Source: an uncultured Opitutales bacterium
GTDB lineage: Bacteria > Verrucomicrobiota > Verrucomicrobiia > Opitutales > Intestinicryptomonadaceae
DNA: 32,000 bases
NCBI GenBank assembly: GCA_934660865.1
Contig: CAKUIA010000002.1
Coordinates: 30,001 to 62,000 of the forward strand
Direction of reading: 5' to 3'
Each line of letters opens with the position of its first letter. Position 1 is the first letter of the stretch. The notes under the pieces are model-generated. The model did no database searches and was not told the DNA's origin. It saw only the letters and a list, made by a program, of their open reading frames with translations. Shown here piece by piece: positions 9,763 through 18,864 of this stretch. The translations under genes and the position numbers were made by a program.

Positions 9763-11547
9763 CTAGGGCAAATTAAGGTAGTCTTTCATTTTCATATAAT
9801 AAAACTCGCGCAAAGAACCCCTAATGCCCCTTGCCGTTTTTATCTGCAACAGGTTTGCAACCAATTCTTTGGCCTCGGCAAGGGTTATTTTGCGCAGCAA
9901 AAACTTAACTTCGGGTATTGCCGAAGCCGACATGCTTAAATGCGTAATACCCAAGCCTATCAGCAGGGGGGCAAAAATCGGGTCCGACGCCAGCTCTCCG
10001 CAAACCGAAACGGGGCATTTCGAAGTGCCCGCCTTTGCAATGTGTTCTAGCACCCTAACCATTGCAGGGCTTGCAGGCTCGTACAAATACGCGACCTTGT
10101 CGTTTACCCTGTCTACTGCAAACATATACTGGGTCAGATCGTTTGTGCCCACGCTTATAAAGTCGCACATATCGGCAAAAATGTCGGCCATGATGGCTGC
10201 CGAAGGCACTTCTATCATCATTCCAACTTTCACGTTTTCGTCGAAGGGCAAACCCTTTGCCCTAAGCTCGGTTTTTGCGGTTTCCAGAAACTGCTTTGCC
10301 TTTCTTAGCTCCGAAGGCGCGCTTATCATCGGGAACATTATCCTAAGCAAACCGTGCGCCGAAGCCCTAAGCAGGGCCCGCAACTGGTTCATAAAAATGT
10401 CTTCGTGGTCCAGACAAAAACGTATTGCCCTGTAGCCCATAAAGGGGTTTTGCTCTTTTTTTGAAAGGTTTAAAAGCGCAAAGTTTTTGTCGCCGCCCAA
10501 ATCCAAAGTTCTTATTATAACGGGCTTTCCGCCCATTTTTTCGACAACCGATTTGTATACGCCGTACTGCTCCTCTTCGGAGGGGAAACTCCCCGAATTT
10601 ATGAAATAGTTTTCGGTTCTAAACAGGCCCACCCCGTTCGAATTTTGAACGGAAAAATCGTCTAAATCGGCAAGCCCGCTAATGTTCAAATCTATGTCGA
10701 ACTTTTCGCCGCTTTTCAATTCGTTCGGCGACGGCAGCGAAGTTCTAAGCAGCATATCCATCTGCTTGTGCGAGGTTTCAACCTGCGCGTACCTTTCGGT
10801 AGTCTCCTTTAGGGGATTTATAAATAGCGTGCCGCTATAGCCGTCTACCAAAACAAAGTCGTTTGTGGCAAGCTTTTCGCTTAGCCCCGAAAGCCCCACT
10901 ATGCAGGGAACTTTCATCGACCTTGCCATTATGGCCGTATGGCTTGTTTGCGAACCCTTTTCGGTTACAATGCCCAATATGTTGGATTTGTCGAGCAATG
11001 CAAAGTCGGAGGGGGCAAAGTCGCTACTGGCTATAATTTTCGGGTGGCTTAGCCTGTATGTCGCCGAATTTTCCTTGCCCAGCAAATTGTTTATAACCCT
11101 GCGCGAAACGTCTTCTATGTCGGCAATGCGCTCGCGTATAAAGGCGTCGTCTATTTCGCCGAAAGCGGCAATGAATTTTTTTACCGCCATTTGGTAGCAA
11201 TAGTCTACATTATATTTTGTTTCGCGCAAAAGCCTTATAGTTTCGTCTATTAAGGCAACGTCTTCTATAACCAAAAGGTGGGCGTCGAATATGCCCGCTT
11301 CCGCCTCGCCAACGCGGCCGGCAATTTCGTTTTTTACCGCAAGCACGTCTTCGCGCGTCTTTGCCAACGCGGCCTTTAGCCTTGCAATTTCGTTGTCTAT
11401 GTCGGAATCGGAAATTTGATAGTGGGTTATTTCTATATCTCCGTGGGATATAAAGAATACATTGCCTAAAACAATGCCATTGGAGGCCGCAATACCCGAA
11501 AGCTTGCGTTCGTCGCGCAGCTCGCTGCTGTCAAAGTCCTGTTCCAT
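9763..11547 (-). CDS. ptsI: Phosphoenolpyruvate-protein phosphotransferase (PTS enzyme I)
   Basis: Active-site His segment GSQTSHTAIMARSMKVPCIVG; PEP-utilising TIM-barrel motifs IRTLDLGGDK, GTNDLTQY and SVCGELA. 594 aa. Confidence 0.93.
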   Translation of the reverse strand: MEQDFDSSELRDERKLSGIAASNGIVLGNVFFISHGDIEITHYQISDSDIDNEIARLKAALAKTREDVLAVKNEIAGRVGEAEAGIFDAHLLVIEDVALIDETIRLLRETKYNVDYCYQMAVKKFIAAFGEIDDAFIRERIADIEDVSRRVINNLLGKENSATYRLSHPKIIASSDFAPSDFALLDKSNILGIVTEKGSQTSHTAIMARSMKVPCIVGLSGLSEKLATNDFVLVDGYSGTLFINPLKETTERYAQVETSHKQMDMLLRTSLPSPNELKSGEKFDIDLNISGLADLDDFSVQNSNGVGLFRTENYFINSGSFPSEEEQYGVYKSVVEKMGGKPVIIRTLDLGGDKNFALLNLSKKEQNPFMGYRAIRFCLDHEDIFMNQLRALLRASAHGLLRIMFPMISAPSELRKAKQFLETAKTELRAKGLPFDENVKVGMMIEVPSAAIMADIFADMCDFISVGTNDLTQYMFAVDRVNDKVAYLYEPASPAMVRVLEHIAKAGTSKCPVSVCGELASDPIFAPLLIGLGITHLSMSASAIPEVKFLLRKITLAEAKELVANLLQIKTARGIRGSLREFYYMKMKDYLNLP

Positions 11548-11582
11548 TTTTTATCTTCGATAATCTACCACTTTACCGAAAA

Positions 11583-13151
11583 TTACAACTCTTTTTTAGC
11601 CGAATTAGTTGCGACAAACGCCCTGCCCGATATTTCGCACAAATACCTAAAGTAGCCTAGCGATGTATGTTTTGAATTGTCAAGAAGTTGCGAGCTTGCG
11701 CGCCATTGCCAGTTGCCGAAGGGCTTGCCGGGGGTATTCATTCTTGCAAAAGCCCCCAAACCGAGAATGTCCTGCAGCATAATTATGCCTATTTTTGCGG
11801 GCGAAAACATTGCCCCGTATATCATATCCCAATTAGGCTCTTTTGCGGCCGTTTTAAAATAGCGCCTAAAATAGTCTTTTGCGCGTTCCGAAGCCGTTTC
11901 GTACCAAGAAGTTGCAGTATCGTTGTCGTGCGTGCCAACATAGCATACAAGGTTTTGTTTTTGGTTGAAAGGCAAATACGCATTGTTTGTGTCGGAATCG
12001 AACGCAAACTGCAAAACCGCCATTGCGGGAATATTCAGCTCGTCGCGCAAATCGCAGGCTGCCTGGCTTAAAAGCCCCAAATCTTCGGCAATAAACTTTG
12101 CGTTCGGAAATTCTTTCTTTATGGCGTCGAAGAACTTAACGCCTGGGCCTTTTTGCCACTTGCCGTTTAATGCGCTTTCGGCCGAGGCGTCTACCGCCCA
12201 ATAGTCGGCAAAAGCCCTAAAGTGGTCCAGCCTAATAACGTCGTAAATTTCCAAAGCTTTAAAAATTCTTTTCTTCCAGAATTCCAAACACTTATCGTAG
12301 GCGTTTTTCCAGTCGTAAAGAGGGTTGCCCCAAAGCTGGCCTTCGGGCGAAAAGTAGTCGGGGCCTACGCCTGCTACAACCCTAAGCGAACCGTCTTTGC
12401 GGGTATCGAAAATTTCGGGGTTTGCCCATAAATCGGCACTGTCTTTTGCCACAAAAATGGGCATATCGCCTATAATTTCTATGCCGTAGGCATTTGCAAT
12501 TTTTTTTGTCTTTGCATACTGACAAAAGAACACCCATTGGGCGAACTTTGCGGTGCTTTCGGCCGCCAATACTGTTTTTGTAAGTTTTTGTTTTTTAGCT
12601 AAGTTATAATTTTTAAATTCTTTCGGCCACTGCGTCCAAGCCGCCCCCGAAAACTCCTTTTTTAAAGCGTCGAACAAGGCGTAGTCGTTTAGCCAAAAGG
12701 CGTTTTCTTTGCAAAAGCTTTCGTATGTTTGGCCGAAACAATCTGTTAGGGCTTTGGCCGCGCTTTTGTCCGCAAAAAATCGGCTTGCCGCCTTTGCAAT
12801 AAGAGGCGGCATAAGGCGATACAATGCGCCGTAGTCGCAACGGTCGTGCGGCAAGGCTTCTATTTCGCGCAAGTCGGCATAATCTAAAACTCCCAAAGAC
12901 GCCAACTGCCTAAAATCTATAAAATAGGTGTTGCCGGCATACGCCGAAAACGACTGGTATGGGCTGTCGCCGTACGAGGTTGGGCTAAGGGGGCAAATCT
13001 GCCAATATTTTACCTTTGCAAGCTTAAGATACTCCAAAAAGTTTTGCGCGCTATAGCCTATGTTGCCTATGCCCTGCAACGACGGCAAGCTGCTTATGTG
13101 CGCAAAAATGCCCGCATTTCTGTTTTTTATCCAGGAAAAATCGTGTTTCAT
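11583..13151 (-). CDS. malQ: 4-alpha-glucanotransferase (amylomaltase, GH77)
   Basis: N-terminus RNAGIFAHISSLPSLQGIGNIG; catalytic-region motifs VIRLDHFRAF, FIAEDLG and YVGTHDNDT. 522 aa. Confidence 0.93.
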   Translation of the reverse strand: MKHDFSWIKNRNAGIFAHISSLPSLQGIGNIGYSAQNFLEYLKLAKVKYWQICPLSPTSYGDSPYQSFSAYAGNTYFIDFRQLASLGVLDYADLREIEALPHDRCDYGALYRLMPPLIAKAASRFFADKSAAKALTDCFGQTYESFCKENAFWLNDYALFDALKKEFSGAAWTQWPKEFKNYNLAKKQKLTKTVLAAESTAKFAQWVFFCQYAKTKKIANAYGIEIIGDMPIFVAKDSADLWANPEIFDTRKDGSLRVVAGVGPDYFSPEGQLWGNPLYDWKNAYDKCLEFWKKRIFKALEIYDVIRLDHFRAFADYWAVDASAESALNGKWQKGPGVKFFDAIKKEFPNAKFIAEDLGLLSQAACDLRDELNIPAMAVLQFAFDSDTNNAYLPFNQKQNLVCYVGTHDNDTATSWYETASERAKDYFRRYFKTAAKEPNWDMIYGAMFSPAKIGIIMLQDILGLGAFARMNTPGKPFGNWQWRASSQLLDNSKHTSLGYFRYLCEISGRAFVATNSAKKEL

Positions 13152-13157
13152 AAATTT

Positions 13158-14075
13158 TTATCCGTGTGGGTGCGCCATTTTATATTCGGCGCGTATTTTC
13201 TTTAAACCTATATGTGTGTATATTTGTGTGGTAGACAAACTTGCGTGCCCCAACAAACTCTGCAAGCTGCGCAAATCCATACCCGCATTTATTAAGTGCG
13301 TCGCAAAAGAGTGCCTTAATTTGTGGGGGGTTATGTTGCTGGGCAAATTTGCCCAAAGCAGGTATTTTTTTAAATTGCGCTGCAAATGGCGCGGGTACAT
13401 TGGGTTTTTCTTTGTGTCGCAAAAAACGTAATCGTTTGCCGTGCAAGTAGGTCTGTAATTTTTACGCCAAAGCCCAAGCAGCTGTACCGTAGACTTTGTA
13501 AGCGCGCAAACCCTTACTTTGTTTCCCTTGCCCAAAATTCGCGCGCTGGGCGGGTTCGACAAACTCAAATCGCCCCACTTTAGTGCGCACAACTCGCTTA
13601 TGCGCAAGCCCGAACCATATAAAACTTCAAGGCAAATTCTGTCGCGCACGGCGTCGTCTTCACCTATTTGCCCCTTTGCCAAAAGCGCCTCGGGGGCGTC
13701 CAGCAGGCGCGGTATTTGGCTTTCCGTCATAAACACGGGCAGATTTTTTTCGCCTTTTGGTTTGGGTATTGCCTCGAATGGGTTTTCTTCGCACGAATTG
13801 CTGCACAGCAAATACTTGTAAAAACTGCTTAGTGCCGAAAGTTTGTTTTTTGCGGTGGCCCTGTTGTATTTGTCTATAAGGTAGGCCGCATAGTTTTTTG
13901 CCAATATTTTATCTACCGAGGCTATGTCGCCCTTAAAGAACTCGTTGTTTTTAAGCCACATATACCAGTCTTGCACCGCCTTTTTATAGTTGCGCACGGT
14001 GTATTTCGAGTATCGGCGCTGCCCGCCTATCATCTCGATAAACGAATTTATGCAAATGTCGTTATCCTGCGCCAT
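13158..14075 (-). CDS. xerC: Tyrosine site-specific recombinase, XerC/XerD type
   Basis: C-terminal catalytic box PHKLRHSFATHLINAGMDLRSLQSLLGHASLSTTQIYTHI contains the R..HxxR..Y residues. N-terminal SAM-like domain (RRYSKYTVRNYKKAVQDW). RHSFATH is closer to XerC than XerD, but the assignment is not certain. Confidence 0.85.
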   Translation of the reverse strand: MAQDNDICINSFIEMIGGQRRYSKYTVRNYKKAVQDWYMWLKNNEFFKGDIASVDKILAKNYAAYLIDKYNRATAKNKLSALSSFYKYLLCSNSCEENPFEAIPKPKGEKNLPVFMTESQIPRLLDAPEALLAKGQIGEDDAVRDRICLEVLYGSGLRISELCALKWGDLSLSNPPSARILGKGNKVRVCALTKSTVQLLGLWRKNYRPTCTANDYVFCDTKKNPMYPRHLQRNLKKYLLWANLPSNITPHKLRHSFATHLINAGMDLRSLQSLLGHASLSTTQIYTHIGLKKIRAEYKMAHPHG

Positions 14076-14078
14076 AAG

Positions 14079-14945
14079 CTACATGCAAACAAGCTTTTTT
14101 ACACCTTCAAAATAGTCTATTACATAGGGGCTAAGCCACAAGGCGTAAAGCAGCGCGCCCAGCGCCAACCACGGGCCAAATGGAACTGCCAGGCTTTCGT
14201 CGGTTTTTGCCCTGCGCTTTATAATCGGGTACATAGGCAAAAGAATTAAAGAACCCATAACCGACCCCCCAAAGAGTGCAAACAATGCCCCCTGCCAACC
14301 GCAAAACGCGCCTATTGCAATAGCCAAAATAACGTCGCCTTCGCCCATAGCTTCTTTTCCCAAAACTATTTGCGAAAAATACCTTATAATTGCAACGCTG
14401 CCCGCCCCCACGGTCATTCCCACAACCGAAAATATCGCGCCTTTAAAGGCGTCTACCGCAATAACTCCGCTTAAGTTGAAGTTATGTATTTGCGGGAATA
14501 TTATAGACAAAATAAGACCTAAAAATGCCCCGCCTGCGGTAAGCGAATCGGGCAAATACATTGTGTCGATGTCTATGAAGGCCGCAACAAGCATAATGCA
14601 GCAAAAGAGCATAAATACATAGCCTGTAGCATAATCCGAAAAATGCAACCTGCACAGCAAAAACAGGCACGCCGTTAAAATTTCAATAAAGGCATACCTA
14701 AACGAAAAACTGCGGCCGCAACAGGGGGCTTTGCCCCTTAAAATAAACCAGCTTAAAATCGGGATATTGTTATACCACTTTATAGGGGCACCGCACGCGC
14801 AATGCGATGGCGGTTTTACCAGCGACTCGCCTTTCGGGATTCGCAAGATACACACGTTCAAGAAGCTGCCAACGCACGCGCCGAGCATAAAGAAAAACAC
14901 GTTCCATACAATCTCGGTAAAATACTGCAGTTGCGCAGGCGTCAT
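14079..14945 (-). CDS. Type IV prepilin leader peptidase / N-methyltransferase (peptidase A24, PilD-like)
   Basis: Polytopic membrane protein. Catalytic-Asp contexts AAFIDIDTMYLPD and MGEGDVILAIAIG (GxGD type). Cys-containing N-terminal cytoplasmic loop. Start overlaps the aroE stop by 4 nt. Confidence 0.9.
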   Translation of the reverse strand: MTPAQLQYFTEIVWNVFFFMLGACVGSFLNVCILRIPKGESLVKPPSHCACGAPIKWYNNIPILSWFILRGKAPCCGRSFSFRYAFIEILTACLFLLCRLHFSDYATGYVFMLFCCIMLVAAFIDIDTMYLPDSLTAGGAFLGLILSIIFPQIHNFNLSGVIAVDAFKGAIFSVVGMTVGAGSVAIIRYFSQIVLGKEAMGEGDVILAIAIGAFCGWQGALFALFGGSVMGSLILLPMYPIIKRRAKTDESLAVPFGPWLALGALLYALWLSPYVIDYFEGVKKLVCM

Positions 14946-15829
14946 TTTGCGTTGTCCCTTAAGGTTTGTTCCATTAGTTTGCCGGTTTTAAACAGCGTTT
15001 CCGAGTCGAACCCAAACCAGTGTTGAAGCGATTTTGCCCCCTGCCATGCCAGCATTGAAATGCCCGAACACGATTTTATATTTTGTTCTTGGGCGGCCAG
15101 TTGCGAAACCGTCTGCCCTTTTGCTTTATATACCATATCGCAAAATACCGCCGATTTTTCGAACTGCGAAAAGTCGCAAACGGCATTGTCGCTTTCCTTT
15201 AATCCAAGCGAAGTTGCGTTTATTATAACGCCTATTTTTTTTGCCCAATTTTCGGTGTAGGCCACTGCATTAAAGCCGTTGTCTCTTAGCGACTTAGCCA
15301 AGGCTTCGGCCTTTTCTTTGGTGCGGTTTGCAATATATATCTTCTTTGCGCCGCCTATTGCCGCGGCAAAGGCAGCCCCTTTTGCGGCTCCGCCCGCACC
15401 GAAAATCAAAATGCTTTCGCCGTAAAAGCTTTTGCCGAAATTTACCTTAAGCGAGCACTCTATGCCGAAGCCGTCGGTATTAAAGCCTACCCACGAAGAA
15501 CCCTCGCGTTTTAAAGTGTTGCAAGCCCCGCACATTTTTGAAAGGTCGTCGGTTTTGTCTATTATTTGCAACACCTTCTCTTTTAGGGGGATAGTAAGGT
15601 TAAGCCCGTAAAAATTTTTTTCGGCAAACTTTGGCAAAACGCTTTCCAAAGAATCTGCCGAAACTTTAAATTTATAGTATTTAGCCTTTTGCGCCATTCC
15701 CAAAAAATCGAGGGCCGCCCCCTGCATTAGCGGGCTTAAACTGTGGGCGATTGGGTCGCCGAAAACCGCAAGGGGTATTTCGGGCAAATCCATTTCGGAC
15801 AAGTTCTCTGGCAGATATACCTTATCCAT
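14942..15829 (-). CDS. aroE: Shikimate 5-dehydrogenase
   Basis: Motifs FGDPIAHSLSPLMQ, GFNTDGFG and the NADP Rossmann loop IFGAGGAAKGAAFA. 295 aa. Confidence 0.9.
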   Translation of the reverse strand: MDKVYLPENLSEMDLPEIPLAVFGDPIAHSLSPLMQGAALDFLGMAQKAKYYKFKVSADSLESVLPKFAEKNFYGLNLTIPLKEKVLQIIDKTDDLSKMCGACNTLKREGSSWVGFNTDGFGIECSLKVNFGKSFYGESILIFGAGGAAKGAAFAAAIGGAKKIYIANRTKEKAEALAKSLRDNGFNAVAYTENWAKKIGVIINATSLGLKESDNAVCDFSQFEKSAVFCDMVYKAKGQTVSQLAAQEQNIKSCSGISMLAWQGAKSLQHWFGFDSETLFKTGKLMEQTLRDNAK

Positions 15830-16520
15830 AATATCTTTCGCCGAATAGTGCGGTGCCCACCCTTATAAGGGTAGCACCCTCTTGTATTGCGCGCTCTAAG
15901 TCGCCCGACATACCCATAGACAATTCCGGCAACTTAACCGAAAATTCGCTTTCAAGCAAGTCCCTTATTTCGCGCAACTTGCAAAAGCATTTCGAAGCCG
16001 TGTCTAAATTGGAATCTAAGGGGGCTATTGTCATAAGTCCCTCAACCTTTAAATGTTCGCATTTTAGTGCGGCTTCGGCAAGGGCTGGGGCGTCTTGAAT
16101 GTCGGCACCGAATTTTGCGGGGTCGTTGCCCGCGTTTATCTGAAGCAAAATGCGCATTGTTTTGCCAAGCTCTTTTGCGTGGTTGTCAAGTTTTTCGACC
16201 AGCTTTACGGAGTCTACGCTCTGTATCCTTGCAAAGTGCGAAAGCGCCAAATTTGCCTTGTTGCTTTGCAGGTGCCCTATAAGCTCCCACTGCAAATCCA
16301 GCGGGGCAAGGGGAATTTTCGAAACGGCCTCCTGCACCCTGTTTTCGCCAACGGCTTTGTAGCCCGCCTTGTAGGCGAACAAAGCGGCGTCTACGGGGTG
16401 CGTTTTTGTTACGGGCATAAGCCTTACACCCCCAACTTTGCGGCCGCACTTTTCGCAGGCTACGGCAATGCGCTCGTTTATCTTTGCGCAATTTTCCAAA
16501 AATTCGTTATAGCCAATCAT
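15822..16520 (-). CDS. yggS: YggS-family pyridoxal-phosphate homeostasis protein
   Basis: 232 aa alanine-racemase-N-fold protein. PLP-lysine context RLMPVTKTHP; also GENRVQE and MGMSGDLERAIQEGATLIRVGTALFG. Confidence 0.9.
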   Translation of the reverse strand: MIGYNEFLENCAKINERIAVACEKCGRKVGGVRLMPVTKTHPVDAALFAYKAGYKAVGENRVQEAVSKIPLAPLDLQWELIGHLQSNKANLALSHFARIQSVDSVKLVEKLDNHAKELGKTMRILLQINAGNDPAKFGADIQDAPALAEAALKCEHLKVEGLMTIAPLDSNLDTASKCFCKLREIRDLLESEFSVKLPELSMGMSGDLERAIQEGATLIRVGTALFGERYYG

Positions 16521-17936
16521 TTATTTAGATTTTTCCATTTCCTTTAGGCTTGCGTTCTGCTCGGCAGCCGCCGACATAAGCCTTTTGCCGAAACCGAAGA
16601 AACTGCCAGCAATGTTGCCGACATGGCTAAGAACATCGTCCAGCGAACTTACAAAGCGGTCTATCTCCTTGTCGGTGATGATATAGGGGGGCAAAATCTT
16701 CATACAGTCGGAATTGTGGTTTGCAACCTGCGTTAAAATCCTGTGCTTTTCCATCATTGCAGAAACCAGCATTTGTATAAACAGCGCCTTGTTTGCGGCC
16801 TTCATCGTTTTCCATGCGATTTTCTGCAGCATTTTCTTCGGCTCTCTAAACTCTATGGCAATCATAGTGCCGCGGCCCCTAACTTCTTTTATAAAGTCGT
16901 ATTTGTCCTGCAACTTTCTTATTTCGGCAACAAGTTTTGCGCCCATGTCGCGCGAGCGGTCTACAAGCTTTTCGTCGTCTAAAACCGCAAGCGACGCCAA
17001 ACCCGCCACGCACGCCAAATTGTTTCTGCCGAATGTGGTGGAGTGCACAACGCATTTTTCCAGCGTAGAAAACGAGCTTTGGTGAATTGCCCTTGTTGTT
17101 ATAAAGGCGGCCACCGGAACGTATCCGCCGCTTAGGGTTTTTGCAACGGTAACAATGTCGGGGTCTAAATTCCAGTGCTCGAACGCAAACATTTTGCCCG
17201 TTCTGCCCAAGCCCGTCTGGACTTCGTCGGCTATAAAAAGCGTGCCGTATTTTTGGCACAGAGCCTGCGCTTTGGGGTAGTAGTCGTCGTCGGGCAAGTA
17301 TACGCCGTGGCCTTGAATGGGCTCGAATATAAAGGCCGCAACATCGCCCTTTTTAAGCTCGGCTTCAAGGGCGTCTAGGTCGTTGAACTTCACGGATCCA
17401 AAGCCGGGAATAAATGGACCGTAGTTTTCCTGAAAGCACGGGGCAACCGTAAGCGACATAGACCCGTACGTAAGCCCGTGGTAGCCGCCCGTTGTAGAAA
17501 GCACGCGCGGCCTGCCGGTGTGCGCCCTCGCAAATTTTACAGCGCCTTCGTTTGCCTCGGTGCCCGAGTTGCAAAGGAACACCGCGTCTCTTTTGCCGCC
17601 CGCGCGCTTTACCAACTGCTCGGCAAGCAGGCCGCTAAGCAGCGCGCAGTCCAGCTGCACCATATTCGACAAATCCATATCTATTGCGTCTTTAATGGCC
17701 TTGCCCACCACGGGATGGTTGCGCCCCAAGCCGAAAACGCCGTAGCCGCTTAAAAAGTCCATATAGTCGTTGCCTTCGGCGTCGTATAAATATGCGCCTT
17801 TTGCCGACTTATACACCTTGTCGAAACCGATGGTTCTTAAAACCTTCGCCAAAGTTCTGTTCACGTATTTGTCGTGAAGTTCGTAGTTTCGCCCGAAATT
17901 TTCGGATACAACCTGTTTTATGTCGAATTGTGCCAT
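16521..17936 (-). CDS. Class-III pyridoxal-phosphate-dependent aminotransferase (ornithine/putrescine/GABA-type; substrate unassigned)
   Basis: Motifs FLCNSGTEANEGAVKFAR and ADEVQTGLGRTGKMFAFEHW, plus the Schiff-base Lys context DIVTVAKTLSGGYVP. 471 aa. Its stop abuts the yggS start. Confidence 0.88.
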   Translation of the reverse strand: MAQFDIKQVVSENFGRNYELHDKYVNRTLAKVLRTIGFDKVYKSAKGAYLYDAEGNDYMDFLSGYGVFGLGRNHPVVGKAIKDAIDMDLSNMVQLDCALLSGLLAEQLVKRAGGKRDAVFLCNSGTEANEGAVKFARAHTGRPRVLSTTGGYHGLTYGSMSLTVAPCFQENYGPFIPGFGSVKFNDLDALEAELKKGDVAAFIFEPIQGHGVYLPDDDYYPKAQALCQKYGTLFIADEVQTGLGRTGKMFAFEHWNLDPDIVTVAKTLSGGYVPVAAFITTRAIHQSSFSTLEKCVVHSTTFGRNNLACVAGLASLAVLDDEKLVDRSRDMGAKLVAEIRKLQDKYDFIKEVRGRGTMIAIEFREPKKMLQKIAWKTMKAANKALFIQMLVSAMMEKHRILTQVANHNSDCMKILPPYIITDKEIDRFVSSLDDVLSHVGNIAGSFFGFGKRLMSAAAEQNASLKEMEKSK

Positions 17937-18003
17937 AAATTTAAACTCGCTATTTTTAGCAATTATTTTTTACTGTACCTAAAATTAAAGCATAACAAAG
18001 GCA

Positions 18004-18864
18004 ATGTTCAATCTTTTTTCAGGCAAATATATTGTGAATTTCGACCCTTTTGCGGTGCATTTTCCGCAGGGCTTCTTTTTGGAGGGAATAAGGTGGTACG
18101 GGCTTTCGTATTTGGCGGGCTTTGTTGCGGCACTGCTGCTTTTTAACCTATATTCGAAAAAGCGCATAAGCAAACTAAGCGCCGACGACAATTCCTCGCT
18201 TATATGCTACATGCTTTTCGGAGTGCTGCTCGGCGGCAGGCTCGGCTATATGCTGTTCTACAAATTCGGCGAGCTTTGCGCAAACCCGCTCGAGCTGTTT
18301 TATGTATGGCACGGCGGAATGGCAAGCCACGGCGGTTTTATAGGCGTAATTTTGGCGGCGTGGCTTTTTGCGAAATCAAGGAAACTCCCCTTTCTATATA
18401 TAGGCGACCTTGTCGTTAGCGTTGCAAGCTGCGGCATACTTTTCGGCAGGCTTGCAAACTTTATAAACGGCGAATTGTGGGGCAAAGTCAGCGATTGCAG
18501 CCTTGCAATGATATTTCCCAACAGCGCGCCCAATTTGCCCTACGACCAGATTTTGGCAAGACACCCCTCGCAGCTATACGAAGCGTTTTTGGAGGGGCTT
18601 GTACTTTTCATCTACGCGCAAACAAGGTTTTGGCGCACAAAATTCAGGCTTGGCGCGCTGTCGGGCGAATGGCTTGTTCTTTACGGGATATTCAGGATAA
18701 TCTGCGAAATTTTCAGAGAGCCCGACAGGGGCATAACGCTCATTATGGGGTTGAGCCGCGGAACATTCTATTCGGTTTTCACGATTTTCGCGGGGCTGCT
18801 ATTTATATTATATTCGAGAAAAAACAAAAGGTTTATAGACTACAATGAAAGTTCCATTCAATAA
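18004..18864 (+). CDS. lgt: Prolipoprotein diacylglyceryl transferase
   Basis: Motifs IRWYGLSYLAGF, LGGRLGY, WHGGMASHGGFIG and GRLANFINGELWG. 286 aa. Confidence 0.92.
   Translation: MFNLFSGKYIVNFDPFAVHFPQGFFLEGIRWYGLSYLAGFVAALLLFNLYSKKRISKLSADDNSSLICYMLFGVLLGGRLGYMLFYKFGELCANPLELFYVWHGGMASHGGFIGVILAAWLFAKSRKLPFLYIGDLVVSVASCGILFGRLANFINGELWGKVSDCSLAMIFPNSAPNLPYDQILARHPSQLYEAFLEGLVLFIYAQTRFWRTKFRLGALSGEWLVLYGIFRIICEIFREPDRGITLIMGLSRGTFYSVFTIFAGLLFILYSRKNKRFIDYNESSIQ

Noticed and set aside
13158-14075. Tyrosine recombinase as a possible marker of an integrated mobile element or genomic island.
   Set aside because: It has the XerC/XerD-type catalytic box. It sits 3-6 nt from housekeeping neighbours on both sides within one co-directional run. 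I see no flanking tRNA, direct repeats, phage or transposon genes, or compositional break.
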